Under the pieces are notes generated by a model that made no database searches, had not been told where the DNA came from, and saw only the letters and a program-made list of their open reading frames with translations. From assembly GCA_965153355.1 (NCBI GenBank), contig OZ231126.1, forward strand, positions 29,760,001-29,824,000: DNA of 64,000 nucleotides, written 5' to 3'. This DNA comes from Flaccisagitta enflata. Lineage: Eukaryota. Numbering within the stretch: the first letter of the stretch is position 1; every line of letters starts with the position of its first letter. Of this stretch, positions 1-38,478 are shown piece by piece. The position numbers and the translations under genes are program-made.

Positions 1-1040
1 GGCCGATTTTTGAAAGGTCTGTAAAGGATCAAAAATTCATCTGAACATAGCAAAATTCATGACACCTTGAAAGCCCTTCAAAAGATCTTTCATTTGAAAC
101 TTTTGTGGGACCACTAACTCAATGAATATGCAAATGAGAGTAAGATTAGTAAAACCGCTTAATTTTGAAACTGCCCATGGTGTCTTTACAAAGTTCCATA
201 AAAAATCACAGAAGACGTTGCCCAATATTGATGAAAATTGAACTGATATTGGGGCAAATACAGGTCAACTAGCCCCTAAAATTTCATCGAAATCGATTAA
301 GATCTTCTATCATTTTTACTCATCTAAAACATTTCAGAAAATCCGAGTGACAAATTCAGCCCTTTTTTTATGAGGTGGCAATGTAGTTGTTAGCCCTTAA
401 TCTGTCATATTTTCTGAAAGAATTGAGAAAAAATTTGCTGCATGGACTCAAATGAAAGATAATTTTGATATGTTTCTACAAGGCATGGATTTAAGGATGG
501 TCCCAAGAATCGTTTGACCAAAACCTGTGCTCAAAGCTGTTGAAAAATCGGCCATTTTTATTGCACTCATGGTTATATTTGATATCGCGTTGATTTATCT
601 GCAACTCTGTTGTCACTGTTTGTCTTATCAGCTGTTGACTGTTTTCTCTGTGCCCTTAGCCTATCTACGGCTGATCATGGTTTATCTCGTCTTTTATCAT
701 TTTCAGTTTTCAATGATTAGCTCCTTAATTTCTTCATATCTTCATGGCGAAAAATATGGAGATTCCCGTTATGTCGTGCTTGCTGTCGGTCGCTTAGTGG
801 CGGCTTACGCGTGAATCTTTTTACCATTTCGTCTGTCAGTCGGTCCTAACTTTTCTGTAGGTATCAAATTTTCTTGCTTTGGCCAATCCGCCTGGCGTAT
901 CTGCCTGGCGAATCTGTCTGGCACATCTGCCCGACAATGCGCCACTTTAGCCGACGGGTATACAACGTTCTTTCCATGTGATCAAGACATTGTCACCACT
1001 GGGAGGGCCGACGTGTCATTACAAGTTCATGCCCCCCCAT

Positions 1041-1800
1041 GTAGAACACAGAGGGACTTTTGTTCGTCCGTACGTCCGTCCGTTAGTCCCCCCCAGGCCC
1101 TCTCAGGCCTGAAATCTGCCCTCTGAGGCCTGCAATCTGCCCTCTGAGGCCTGCAATTTGCCCTCTGAGGCCTGCAATCTGCCCTCTGAGGCCTGCAATC
1201 TGCCCTCTGAGGCCTGCAATCTGCCCTCTGAGGCCTGCAATCTGCCCTCTGAGGCCTGCAATCTGCCCTCTGAGGCCTGCAATCTGCCCTCTCAGGCCTG
1301 CAATCTGCCCTCTCAGGCCTGCAATCTGCCCTCTCAGGCCTGCAATCTGCCCTCTCAGGCCTGCAATCTGCCCTCTCAGGCCTGAAATCTGCCCTCTCAG
1401 GCCTGAAATCTGCCCTCTCAGGCCTGCAATCTGCCCTCTCAGGCCTGCAATCTGCCCTCTCAGGCCTGCAATCTGCCCTCTCAGGCCTGAAATCTGCCCT
1501 CTCAGGCCTGAAATCTGCCCCCTCAGGCCTGAAATCTGCCCTCTCAGGCCTGAAACCTGTCCTTAGACCTTAAATATGCCCTCTCAGATTTCAGGCCTAA
1601 AGAGGGCAGATTTCAGGCCTGAGAGGGCCTGGGGGGGGGGACTGACGGACAGACAGACGGACGAGCAAAATTCCCCCTGCGTTCTACGAGACTTCGTCCC
1701 CTTGGGGGCCGCTGCCCTGCTTCCTCTCACTCTGATTCACAACCATGCAAAGCAGGGCAACGGGTATCGCTGACCACATATTGCCCTTGGGCGACCTGTT
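1041..1800 (+). mobile_element. Non-autonomous DINE-1/Helentron-like element with 21-bp tandem array (~1098-1560)
   Basis: Subterminal IR gtagaacacagagggac / cccctgcgttctac, (CCGT)n, unit ctgccctctcaggcctgcaat, 3' gggcaacggg...ttgccc stem-loop; relatives near 7897-8495, 49790-50200, 53130-53370. Confidence 0.6.
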
Positions 1801-1838
1801 CACCCTTCCCGCTCTTTCCATTCTGTCCAATCTCTTAG

Positions 1839-2050
1839 CTGGTGATGTGGAAACTCTGCTCAAATCTTCCAACGCATATCTGAAGAAAAAGGCGGCTTTG
1901 TGCGCGATGCGAATCATACGCAAAGTTCCCGAGCTTCTGGAGATGTTTCTGCCCGCCACAAGGTCCCTCCTGAACGAGAAGAATCACGGCGTTCTACTCA
2001 CCGCCACCACGCTCATACACGAAATGTGCACCAAAAGTCCAGACACCCAG
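1839..2050 (+). CDS. AP1G1: AP1G1 exon (trunk)
   Basis: ttag|CT GGT GAT...CAG|gt; [12 protein letters not shown]. Confidence 0.9.
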
Positions 2051-2462
2051 GTTCGTGATCTTTTCACCCCTTCCTAAAGTTCCCCGTGACTTCCTTGGGT
2101 CCTCCATGTAATGGAACCGTATCGTTTCGTGCTCCTCAACTCATTTCATCTTACCTGTCTCACAATGGTATCTAGGCGCACTTCAAGCGACTTATCCCTA
2201 ACTTGATCCGTATCTTGAAAAACTTGATCATGGCGGGATACTCGCCGGAGCACGACGTCAGCGGAGTCAGCGATCCTTTCCTCCAAGTCAAAATCCTTCA
2301 GCTCCTCCGCATCCTTGGGGTCAACGACCCAGAATCCTCGGAAATGATGAACGACATCCTGGCGCAGGTAAAGGCGCCCTCGGGGCTTTATTACCCGTGG
2401 GTGTTGTTAGTCTGTCTGTCTCTCTCTCTCTTTCTCTTTCTCTTTCTCTTTCTCTTTCTCTT

Positions 2463-2520
<58 letters not shown>

Positions 2521-5500
2521 CAAGAGTTGGAATAAACCGGTTGTTACGCAACGAAATTTTACCAATTTTTGTCTCGTCTCAGGTCGCCACCAACACGGAG
2601 ACGTCGAAGAACGTGGGCAACGCCATCCTGTACGAGACGGTGTTGACCATCATGGACATCAAATCCGAGGCGGGTCTGCGCGTGTTGGCCGTCAACATTC
2701 TCGGCCGATTCTTGTTGAACAACGACAAAAACATTCGTTACGTGGCCTTGAGCACGTTGCTCAAGGTCGTCCACGTGGACCCGAACGCCGTGCAGCGGCA
2801 TCGCGGCACCATTGTCGACTGTCTCAAGGATCCCGACGTGTCCATCCGTCGACGAGCCATGGAACTCTCCTTCGCCCTCATCAACGCCAACAACATCTCC
2901 AACATGATGAAGGAAATCCTCGCCTTTTACGAAAAGGCCGAACCCGAGTTTAAGAGCTATTGCACCTCCAATATTTTCATCTCCGCCGAGAAGGTTAGTA
3001 GGATGACCTTGCCTCGTATTTGTTAGCACGGTATGGGGACTTCATTTATTTATGTTGACGCTCTGGATTTATTTCAAGACTGCTCACTTGGAGGCAAAAA
3101 AAGAAAGAAACAAGCCTAAGAGAGCAACAGTCGCGTGCGTCGGGAAATGACAAACAAAAGAGTTCGTCCCCCCAAGGCCCCGCGATATGTATTATACCCA
3201 AAATACCCAAAAATGTCCAAAAATACCCAAAATTATCCTAATGCACCATAAGTACTTAGATAAATTTAAGTACCCTACAGTACCCTACAGTCGGGTGTGT
3301 CAATATGCAAAAGGTTTTTTGATGGGACTATCGACATCAGACAGCATTGGGTATTCAATTTTAAGACCTTTAGCGTTTTTATTTTGTCAAATTTTATTCA
3401 TCTTCCATTTTTTTCAAAACCCCTTTTTAGCCGCTAATTTGTATATTGCTGTGTTGATGATTTTCTATCTATATTGTTGTTGTTAAATTTAATCAGATTA
3501 AACGCATGAATAAGTTAGTGCTTATTCTAGTTGCAACAAGGTAAAGGTTGTTTATTTATCACTAAATTTTTAAAAAGAGACAATAACAAATCTTTTCTGT
3601 TGAAATTATGAGTCTTATTTTCACCAAAACTTAATGCAGATGCTGGAAATATATATATTTTTGATAATTTTTTCTTACGCTAAAAAAACGGAAGATGAAT
3701 GAAATTCAAAAAAATAAAAACAGTAAAAGTCTTAGAATTTTTTTGTTTACACTCCCTGATGCCGATGATCCTATCAAAAATACTTTTGCATATTGACACA
3801 CCCGAACCCTACAGTACCCTACAGTACCCTACAGTACCCCACAGTATCCTACAGTATCCTACAGTATCCTACAGTACCCTGGAGTACCCTGGAGTACCCT
3901 AAAGAACCTCAAAATTACCCTAAAAAGTCAATTTTAAAAATGTGACCGACCGACCGACCGACCGACCGACGGACGGACCGGCCGACAGACCAAGGTGTAG
4001 TCGCGTGCACGCGACTAAAAAAAGACTATGATAGTTTTATAGATTCATCATCAGACAAATCTGACGTTGGTTTGATCTTTTGCGCTCTCGCTTATTCCAG
4101 CGTGTGCATTATAGGATGAATTGTTGCACATGCCACATTTAACTGCGATATCATACCTTCTTCTATTTGTTAATTCTTCTAAACACATTTTCTCTACCTG
4201 ATTTGTTTCCGTCTCCAGTACGCTCCTAACAAGCGGTGGCACATCGATACGATGATCAAAGTATTGACGCTTTCCGACAATCTCGTGCAAGACGAAGTGA
4301 TCAACAGTTTCGTCCAGATGGTGTCCGAGACGCCTTCGCTTCACGCTTACACTACCGTTGAGATGTTCAAAGCCCTCAAGGCCGACTTCACGCAACAGTC
4401 GCTCTGTCAAGTCTCGGCTTGGTGCATCGGAGAATTCGGCGACCTGCTCATCACCGCCGCGGCCGAGGCCGAGAAACCCATGCAGGTATGTCGTTGGTGT
4501 GAATCTCTGTATACACTATAATTGGTCCACTTGAGATTCAGGCACTGGGTCTTTAAAAGAGAGCATTTATAATCCTTCCTCCTTTATACGTTTCTTTCTC
4601 GCTGTCTTTTTCTCCTCGCTCTCCTTCGTTTTCATTCTTCTCTTTACTCGTCTTTCTCTTTTTCTTCCTCCTCATCTGCCCTTCTTCCCCTTTCCACTTA
4701 AAGGGTCTTTTCTTTCTTGGCCTTACCTTTGCCTTACCTTTTCCTCTATTTTCTTTCCTATTGCCTCACCTTTTCCTCTTTTCTCTCCCTTTTCTTCTCC
4801 CTTTTCTCTCCCTTTTCTTCTCCCTTTTCTTCCTCTTACTCTTCCCCGCCTCTTCTTCCCCTTCTGTTTCTCCTCATTTCCTCCTTTCGCTCCTCTTTCT
4901 CATCTCTTTCCTCCTCCTTACGACTTTTCCTCTCTTCTCATCTTCCTTCGCCTTCTTCACATGTCCACGTCTTGCACTTTACCTTTAACCTTTTCCCTCG
5001 ATTTCTCTCCTCTCCCTTCCACCATATCCTCCTCAGTTGAGCGAGATGGAAGTGTTGTCGGTCTTAGATCGCGCCTTGATCATTAACTCTTCCAACGTGG
5101 TGACGAAGCAGTTTTGTCTCATGGCAGTCATTAAATTATACACGCGCTTCTCTTCGCCTCACGCCTTGGCCAGAATAGAGCAAATCGCCGCCAACTACAG
5201 CACCAATCCCTTGGGTAATGATTGAATGATACTGTTTAAGAGTTGATTTGTTCTCGTGTCTAAATTAATATTTACTCAGGTATGAATACTATGCCTGGAA
5301 GTAGGTGCGACGGATATGTTCATCAATAGTGACTGACTGATTGACAAACTGATTGATTGACTGACTGACTGACCTACTGACTGATTGACCTACTGGCTGA
5401 TTGACCTACTGGCTGATTGACCTACTGACTGATTGACCGACTGACTGATTGACCGACTGACTCATTGACCGACTGACTGATTGACCGACTGACTGATTGA

Positions 5501-7497
5501 TTGACCAACTGACTGATTGATTGACCGACTGACTGATTGACCGACTGACTGATTGACCGACTGACTGATTGACCGACTGACTGATTGACCGACCGACTGA
5601 TTGACCGACTGATTGATTTACCGACTGACTGATTGATTGACTGATTGACCGACTGACTGACTGATTGACCGACTGACTGATTGATTGACTGATTGACCGA
5701 CTGACTGATTGACTGATTGACCGACCGACTGACTGACTGATTGACCGACTGACTGATTGACCGACCGACTGACTGACTGATTGACCGACTGACTGACTGA
5801 TTGACCGACTGACTGACTGATTGACCGACTGACTGACTGATTGACCGACTGACTGACTGATTGACCGACTGACTGACTGATTGACCGACTGATTGACCGA
5901 TTCCATGATCTGTCTACCCCACAGCTGATCTTCAACAACGGGCAACGGAATTTCAAGCATTAGGCGCCAAATATCGGTCGATTTTAAGCGGCATTCTCGA
6001 ACGAATGCCGGCGATCGAGTCCAAGAGGCCAGAAGACGGCTCTTTAACCAACGGCGTCGTTGACGCACAGCAGCAACAGCAGCAGCAACAACAGCATCGA
6101 CCGCAAGTCAATGGAAATGGAATTAGCGAAGCGGAAACGGATTTGTTGGGTGAGACCTGCTGAGTAGTTACTGGAAATTATCTCTTGGTCTCTCTCTAAC
6201 TCCTAACCCCCCCTCCCACAAACGCGTATCTGGCGTTCCATAACCCAGTTTTGCCTTGTCTTTTCCGAACCCACTTGTGTCTGCAGGCCTCGTATCGGAC
6301 GATCTTACGTCGCAGCCTCAGTCCAAACCCGTCATGGAAATGAACGGTGGGGGTTCCGCCATGCCGAATCACGGCGGGGGCAACGGTGGCGGTCTTTACG
6401 GCATCCTTGACAATCCAGCTCCCGTGGAATCGACGACCAAACCTCCGGCTTCCTCTACCACGAGTCATTTGGACAATTTGCTTGACATCTTCGGCGGTGA
6501 TATCGGTGGCGGTGGTGGCGGTGGACCTGATTTACTGAACGCCGCTCCAACGATGAACGGGATGATGTTATCCAATTCCGCGTCCTCCAACTCCCTCATG
6601 TCTCCGACCAACGCCATTATTCCCTCCTCCAATTCGATGGGCGGCGGCGGCGTTGGTCTTTCTTCCTCTTCCTCATTTGGCGGCCTTTTGGACTCGAACG
6701 GCGTCATCGGAGACGGACTTTCCTCGCTCTCGACCAACAACGACAACAACGCCGCGCCCGTTGCCGGTGGCGTCAACATTCCTTCGATCACCGCCTTTGA
6801 AAAGGGGCCTCTGCGCATCACCTTCGCCTTCGAGCGATCCGCCGTTTCGCCTACGATGACCATCATCACCTTGACGGCCGCCAATGTAACCCCCGATACC
6901 ACCATTCATGACTTCGTTTTTCAAGCAGCCGTTCCGAAAACCTTCCAATTACAGCTCAAATCGCCCAGCGGCTCGCAAATCTTACCAGGTTCGTTTCGCA
7001 CGGTGCATTTGTTGAGGTTCAGTCACCTCTGAAATGACTGAAACTTGGACCACCATCAATTGTAACGGATCTTGCATCGTCTGTAACTCTATTCTTTCCT
7101 TTTAAATCGCGTGCTACGCGACTCTACACCCTGCTTTGTTGGTCCGTCTGTCCGTCCGTCGGCCCGTCAATCCATCCGACTGTCACAATTTATTATTTTT
7201 GGGTTGTAGCGGTCTTAGGTCTCACTGCTCCTGATGATCAACTGCCCTCAAATACGACTCCTGTCCACCCGCATGCGACTGGGGTAGCCGTGTATCCGGC
7301 CTTGTTCATAAATTGTTTGGATTTGGCTTACAGGTGGCGGCACGAACAACTCGATACCCGGATTAACGCAAGTGCTTCACGTGAACAACCCGCAAAAGAA
7401 TCCTCTCCGAATGCGCGTGAGAGTCAGCTACAGCATCAACGGATCTCCGGTCTTGGAGACTTCGGAGATAAACAATTTTCCCGCCAACACGTGGTAG
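1839..7497 (+). CDS. AP1G1: AP-1 complex subunit gamma (gamma-adaptin), 3' part; exons 1839-2050, 2176-2367, 2583-2993, 4219-4485, 5037-5214, 5925-6149, 6287-6988, 7334-7497; 5' exons not found in window
   Basis: Spliced translation matches gamma-adaptin ([93 protein letters not shown]). All introns GT-AG and phase-consistent. Confidence 0.95.
2176..2367 (+). CDS. AP1G1: AP1G1 exon (trunk)
   Basis: ctag|GCG CAC TTC...CAG|gtaaag; [28 protein letters not shown]. Confidence 0.92.
2583..2993 (+). CDS. AP1G1: AP1G1 exon (trunk)
   Basis: cag|GTC GCC ACC...AAG|gttagt; [12 protein letters not shown]...ISAEK. Confidence 0.93.
3291..3805. mobile_element. MITE with 23-bp perfect TIR and 9-bp TSD
   Basis: TIR tcgggtgtgtcaatatgcaaaag; TSD accctacag (3282-3290, 3806-3814); nested in a 10-bp taccctacag array. 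Confidence 0.85.
4219..4485 (+). CDS. AP1G1: AP1G1 exon (trunk)
   Basis: cag|TAC GCT CCT...CAG|gtatgt; [12 protein letters not shown]...[11 protein letters not shown]. Confidence 0.92.
5037..5214 (+). CDS. AP1G1: AP1G1 exon (trunk)
   Basis: cag|TTG AGC...TTG G|gtaatg; [12 protein letters not shown]. Confidence 0.88.
5330..5900. repeat. Compound GACT/GATT/GACC tetranucleotide microsatellite in AP1G1 intron
   Basis: Directly visible. Confidence 0.9.
5925..6149 (+). CDS. AP1G1: AP1G1 exon (end of trunk, start of hinge, short polyQ)
   Basis: cag|CT GAT CTT CAA...TTG G|gtgag; DLQQRATEF...ILERMP. Confidence 0.9.
6287..6988 (+). CDS. AP1G1: AP1G1 exon (G/S-rich hinge and start of GAE ear)
   Basis: cag|GC CTC...CCA G|gttcgt; [18 protein letters not shown]...[15 protein letters not shown]. 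Confidence 0.9.
7101..7306 (+). mobile_element. Short DINE-1/HINE-like element; other copies ~30703-30890, 42912-43074(-), 51463-51613, 52461-52653, 52682-52840, 63294-63495(-)
   Basis: 5' hairpin tcgcgtgctacgcga, (CCGT)n, shared 3' end gccgtgtatccggccttgtt; inserted in T runs, no TSD. Confidence 0.65.
7334..7497 (+). CDS. AP1G1: AP1G1 last coding exon (GAE ear)
   Basis: cag|GT GGC...; [22 protein letters not shown]...[11 protein letters not shown]. Confidence 0.92.
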
Positions 7498-7896
7498 CGG
7501 ACGGTCTAAGATGCCTGTGCACGTACCAAGCTAATGATAAAAAACGGAACATTAATGCGAGCTTTGTATGGAGATTGTGTGTTCCGCGCCGAACCTTTCT
7601 ACCCCTCTGAGTTATTCGTCCGTTTGTTCGTCTGTTTGTCTTGTCTTCCTTACGTCACTTCGTCCTCTGCCTTGATCAAGGACAAATTTGACAACGTGGG
7701 ACGTTGTCGATCACGCTGCGTCATTTCCCCAGCCCGCCTTCCCTTCCTACAATCTTCGTTATATTATTTCTACGCTAAGGGTAACTGCTTTTCCGCTTTA
7801 ACGTCCACTCACCACTTCGTTCTCCAATGGGTCGCTCAATGGATTTGACTGCTCTTTCCTTCCCTTTCTCTTTCTTTCCCTCTTTCTTTCCCCCTT

Positions 7897-8495
7897 TTTG
7901 GGCAGCGGCCCCGAAGGGGCCGATGACCTATGCTTTCACACAGGGGAATTTTCTCCTCCTTCTTTTCCTCCAGCGTACCCCCCCCCCCCTCAAGGCCCAA
8001 ATCCTAGCTTTGAGGCCCAAATCCCAGCCTCGAGGCTCAAATCCTAGCCCCAAGGCTCAAATCCCTGCCTGGAGGCTCAAATCCCAGCCTGGAGGCTCAG
8101 ATCCCAGCCTGGAGGCTCAAATCCCAGCCTTGAGGCCCTAATCCTAGTCTCCAGGCTCAAATCTCAGCCTCGCGTCTCAAATCCTAGCCTCGAGGCTCAA
8201 ATCTCAGCCTCAAGGCTCAAATCTCAGCCTCGAGGCTCAAATCTCAGCCTTGAGGCTCAAATCTCAGCCTCGAGGCTCAAATCTCAGCCTCAAGGCTCAA
8301 ATCCCAGCCTCAAGGCCCCAATGCCAGCCTCCAGGCCCTAATCCCAGCCTCCAGGCCCTAATCCCAGCCTTGAGGCTCAAATAAAAACAGCATAGGTCAT
8401 CGGCCCCTTCGGGGCCGCTGCCCCTCTAACCACCTTACACCCACTCACTCACATAGGGGCAACGGGTACCGCTGACCATCTAACGCTTTTGCGAC
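7897..8495 (+). mobile_element. DINE-1/HINE-like element with 21-bp array (ggctcaaatcccagcctcgag)
   Basis: IR gggcagcggccccgaaggggccgatgacctatgct / agcataggtcatcggccccttcggggccgctgccc; 3' gggcaacgggtaccgctgacc. Confidence 0.65.
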
Positions 8496-10851
8496 TATTC
8501 TTCCTAGCAAAGTTATCTCTTTCGTTCTTTCTTTTATTCCATTTTCTTTTCTTTTGTCTTTTCTTTTCTTTTGTCGTTTTCTTTTCTTTTATCTTTATCT
8601 TGACCTTTTATTTTCCTCACACGTTCACAAACAAGCGCGCTCCAATTCTAGCATCCCAGAACCATTGTAATCACACATGCACTTGCACAAGTTGTCTGGT
8701 TTTACTCCACTTCTTTTTTAGTCATGGAGAATGAAGTAGAGTGACGCCCACACTTTTTTCAAAAAATATACAGACTCATCCGGTGCCGTCCATCCCACGA
8801 AACGCCTCATCTGATGAAATATGACGCGTCAACCCTTCTGCTTCTATTGTTGGTTTTAAAAAGTGGAAAATGCTCATACAATGCATCTATAAACGAGCCA
8901 TTAAATCCGGTTTTTATGCAAGTAGATACAATTTTTATCATAATTGAATCATTAAAGTTGAACAATCAAAAATGAATTATTAAAATTGAATAATCAAAAT
9001 TGAATTATGAAGTTGTTTGGATCAATAGATCATTTATGTACACGTCATTTTTCGACAGATTTGGCATTTCGTCTATCTTTGCTATAAAACCATGATTCTG
9101 TGAAAGTGTAGACGCGACTTTCGATGAAACTGCATAAGGCTGAGAGTCGGTAGGTTTTGAGTTTTAACCAGAGTTCGGAAGTATGCGGTTTTATCCCATT
9201 GTGGAAGTTCTCTGTCCATCGGCAGTCCGGTGGGCGACTCCCTCTTTTCTCCTTTCCCTCCCTCTTCTCCGCCCATCCTTCTTCCAAACTGCTGTAGGTA
9301 GTCATTTTCGGTTTCTTAATTACTGTTTTAAAAGTTTTGATGAGAGCCTTATTTTATCAAAAAAGGGCTGAATTGAAAAAGAAATCAAAAAGTTTCTAGC
9401 GAGTCGTTCTCGAGTCAGTCATATTTTAAAGTGAACCAGGAGGAGATGGCTTTAATCTGGCATAAACGGGCTATCTTCCTCCCGTCGGCCTCGTCAGGTG
9501 GAATATGCGTTTCTGTTTCGACATTCCTTGATAAAATTGAAATCGATCAAAAACAGTAAAACAAAAGTTCTTCTTTTTCCTCGTTAAAACGCTTTCCGTG
9601 TTATATTTGAATGGTGCATCGCTGCTTAATGCAACAGTTTCGACGTCTCTCGGTGAAAATGTTATCGGAGTACAAATTTCATATGATGTAATAGTTATAG
9701 CTGGGTATAGAATATTCTGATGTGATAATCCTAATTGAGTGATAGTATATGAATTGATAGCTTTGATAGATGATTCATTTAATAACACCGTTTGTCCTTG
9801 AATTGGGTGCATTTTGCTTCGCTGTCTCCGCGTTGTCTCCAATTACACGACGTATTAATTGACGAGACGTAACGAATCGTACATACGCTCTCTCATGTAA
9901 ACGCGTACATTTGTATGCGGAATCTGTTGACTTAGTTCTTGTTGGCGATGGATTAGGTGTGAAAGTCAATATTCGTTTAATTGGAGACCGCCTTTACCCG
10001 TTCTCTCTCATAACCTGTTCGTTAGAGTAGCGCCGTCCTCCGGTACGTTTTTTTTTTCGAATATTGAGGAAACTTACTATGATTATTTTAACTTAGCCAA
10101 ACGATTCGCGTGATTTGAATTTTTTTTTAAAAAGACGGTCTAAGAGAGATCCATTTCTTTTCGATAGCCTCTCGCCGTTTCTTCGTCATCGTCAGTGATA
10201 TTATTAATATTATTCTTATCTCATCCATTGCTTTTATTTTATTAAGGTGGTTTAGGTTTCAGCTATCATTTTAATTTTTACGTCAATCATATTTTGTAAA
10301 TCTCCTAATTGTACCCTAGCGCTCTCTTTCACGCTCTCTCTCTCTCTCTTTACGTAAAAGAAAGGTTCTGGGTAGGTTCTTAGTCATTATACAAACGTAA
10401 GCTGTTACATTTTACATCTTTTTTTTTTTCTAATAACTACGTCATTCTAGTTAATGAATAAATCCCAAAAATTGATCCACGGCGTTGCCCCAGAGAAGGT
10501 AGAAACTTGATTCATTGGAGCAAATTATTTGTTTTGCTTTCTCCGTCTTGATCCCAACCGACGACGAATCTCTCGTCCACGTGCATCTCTGGTTCCGCTT
10601 ATCTGTTTTACGCTCTTCATGAACTGCTTGGCCTGGCAAGTCGACATCACTGGATCGTTGACTTCAATTCGTCGTCGCTTCAGAGTTCATCCCCTGACAT
10701 AAACCTCCAGCTTCTAATGACGCTTCAGCCATTGAGACGGTTGTCTTAGTTAAGTTGAATCTCTATTTGTCTGGAACCCAACCCATCCATCAGTTAGAGC
10801 ACTTCTTTTCCCAAGATCAAGAGGAGGTTAGTGAGTTGTCCTCACTTGACA

Positions 10852-10904
<53 letters not shown>

Positions 10905-10929
10905 AAACCACGCATCGACGCGAGTATCA

Positions 10930-35982
<25,053 letters not shown>

Positions 35983-37290
35983 ACAAGGCCAGGGGAAAAG
36001 ATCTACCTAAATTGTTTTTCTTTGTGCGGACTTTTTACAGCTTTTTCTTTCTGTCGAACTTTTTCTTAGAGAAGTATCTGTGGGGGATAATGCAGTCGTG
36101 CGTTGATAAATTGCAGCTGGCGAAATTAGGTTTTATTTGTTAACTGGAGCTTGTGTTACTATTACAACTTGAATTTACTTCAATGTGAAGTAGAATCATT
36201 TTTAGAAATGATATTAGATGACATAAAAGTGAAAAAAACAGCCGTCAATCAATGAATATAATTTTGTTGTTGAAGAAAAAACTAAAAAAAATCTGACTGC
36301 AGTTTGTCCGAGCATGACTGCAAAATTTTTTTAAGAACTTGTTGGGAAAAGGAAATTGAGGATACCAACGCCCCATGAAAAGCCGCTTTATCTTCAGACT
36401 CTCAATAAGAGTATTACGTGTCCATTAACTTCATGGGCCCCTACGCGGTCTTAGTTTCGATTTTCAACCAAGAAAATCGCCTCAAGTTTTTACAAACTGA
36501 AACGAAATCGTTCGTTATGAATTTTGAGATCTGTATATGCATATAAGTGATGGCTCTTCAATTTTGTTTTTGATGCCGATGATGGAAAGGAGAGGGGGGG
36601 GGGTTTGGGGGCTGGAATTTATAGGTTGATGGAGGTTTGATGAGTGATGAGTGATGACCAAAGGGAGAGTTGGGGTTGGGACAAAGGGACATGGGACAAT
36701 GGGATTTCTGCGAAAAACGAGATTTTCAGTCGCGATCTACCGCGGTTTATAGTTTACAAATTTGTTAGTTAACACTTCCTTGCCTTATTGGCTGTTACTT
36801 TAAATTTGCCCACGTTGCAGCGGCGATCCATCTCTCTCGTTGTCAAAATTAACCCATCCAGTTTTATTTATTTTCCGTCTTAACCAGCCGTGGCAGAAAG
36901 ACTTCTTCTAAATGGTAACCCTCTTTGTATCTATCCAGCGATGTCTCAAAGGTTGAGATCGAAACAAATGGATTTTATATTCAAATTTCATGTTGGGTAT
37001 TGTTGAAATAATGCCCCACTTGTGTGCAGGATCCGTTGAAATTGTAGGGTAGGGGGCCAGGAAAGGCAGGAGGTTGGAGGAAATGTTTTCATGTTTTTCA
37101 AGTGCGTCCGTATTACTTGAATACCACATGACTCTTCATTCCCCACATGAGTATCGAGACGACGTCCTGACGACAATTTGTGCTAACCGCTAGACGTAAA
37201 AAGTGTGTTTTATCATTGTACAAAATGTACATTTATGTGAATCTGGTTTTATTTTGTTCAAAACGGAAAAAGAACTTTACACATGAAAGT

Positions 37291-37392
<102 letters not shown>

Positions 37393-38147
37393 AAGCCATA
37401 TCAAGTTCATCTGACGTTGCCAGTTCATTTGAGATAAGAGAGACTTGAGAAGGCGATGTCTGCCTGTTTCTGACACAGACCGCTTCTCAAAACAATTTAA
37501 AAAAGTACTAATCACACTTCTGCGGAAAGCGTTTATTCAAGACGTTACTTTTAAGTAAACCTTGAACGTATATGGTTAAAAAGATTGGAATTTCCTTGTT
37601 TAGATGCCATCCTAAGTCCAGCGGGATTGTTTGTGCATCCTTTCATTAAAAAAAAAATTTAACTGTGCGCATGGGATTATTTACACTTGGCAAATTTTGT
37701 TGACCATCTTGTCCTTCTTTTTTCCAATTATGAACTTGTTTAATAAATTTTATCTTCGAGAAACGAAACCGATTTTCTCACTTTCCTTATGCACGATCGA
37801 AGCATTGAAATTCAATTGGGAAATAAGCTACTAGCTTAGCTACTAGCTACTAGCTTTGCTAGACATTTTCTGCGAGATTTAGGTACAGCAAGGCCATTTG
37901 AGTCGACACGTGCGTCGGGTGGATCCTCGAGTGAATCCGACAAGCGAATGCGTATATCCAACCGCCAGACGGACAGACGGACGGAGCCTCTTTTAGACGT
38001 AGGCCATTTTGGCGTACATAGGTTTTCTAATTAATATTGCTAGTGTCAGCACTTCCACCAGTGCATTAGTAATCGTTGATTGTTACTTTTGTAAGATATT
38101 TCGTGTGTACTGTATGGTATAGGCCTGTCCAACCCTCTACTAATGAG

Positions 38148-38478
38148 CAGGGTGGCAGAAAATTCTATAGGTCCAAGGCACAAGTTTTCGCAGCGCTGTA
38201 AGTCCGACTTTTAAAGATCAACTATTATTATGAAAATATTGCATAAAACTTAGTTTTCTGCATTTTTCTATTTAATTCATAGAAACTAAGAGTTCCCACA
38301 ACAAAAGTAAAAGTGATCAAAACTAATACTCTATTTATCCTTCTGATTTTTCCATTTTCCGCCTACTTTTTTCTTCTTTTCCCATATTTTTTTTCATTAT
38401 CAAATCTAAAAAGTCCGACTTTTGTGCTATAGTTCCGAGGCACAATGTGCCAAGTGTGCCCCTGTTTCTGCCACCCTG
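38148..38478. mobile_element. hAT-type MITE, same family as 34027-34582, opposite orientation
   Basis: TIR cagggtggcagaaa; 8-bp TSD ctaatgag. Confidence 0.85.

Noticed and set aside
9836-9988. 16-bp inverted repeat gtctccaatta(c/a)acga upstream of RCOR
   Set aside because: Possibly a MITE remnant, but no TSD or second copy in the window.
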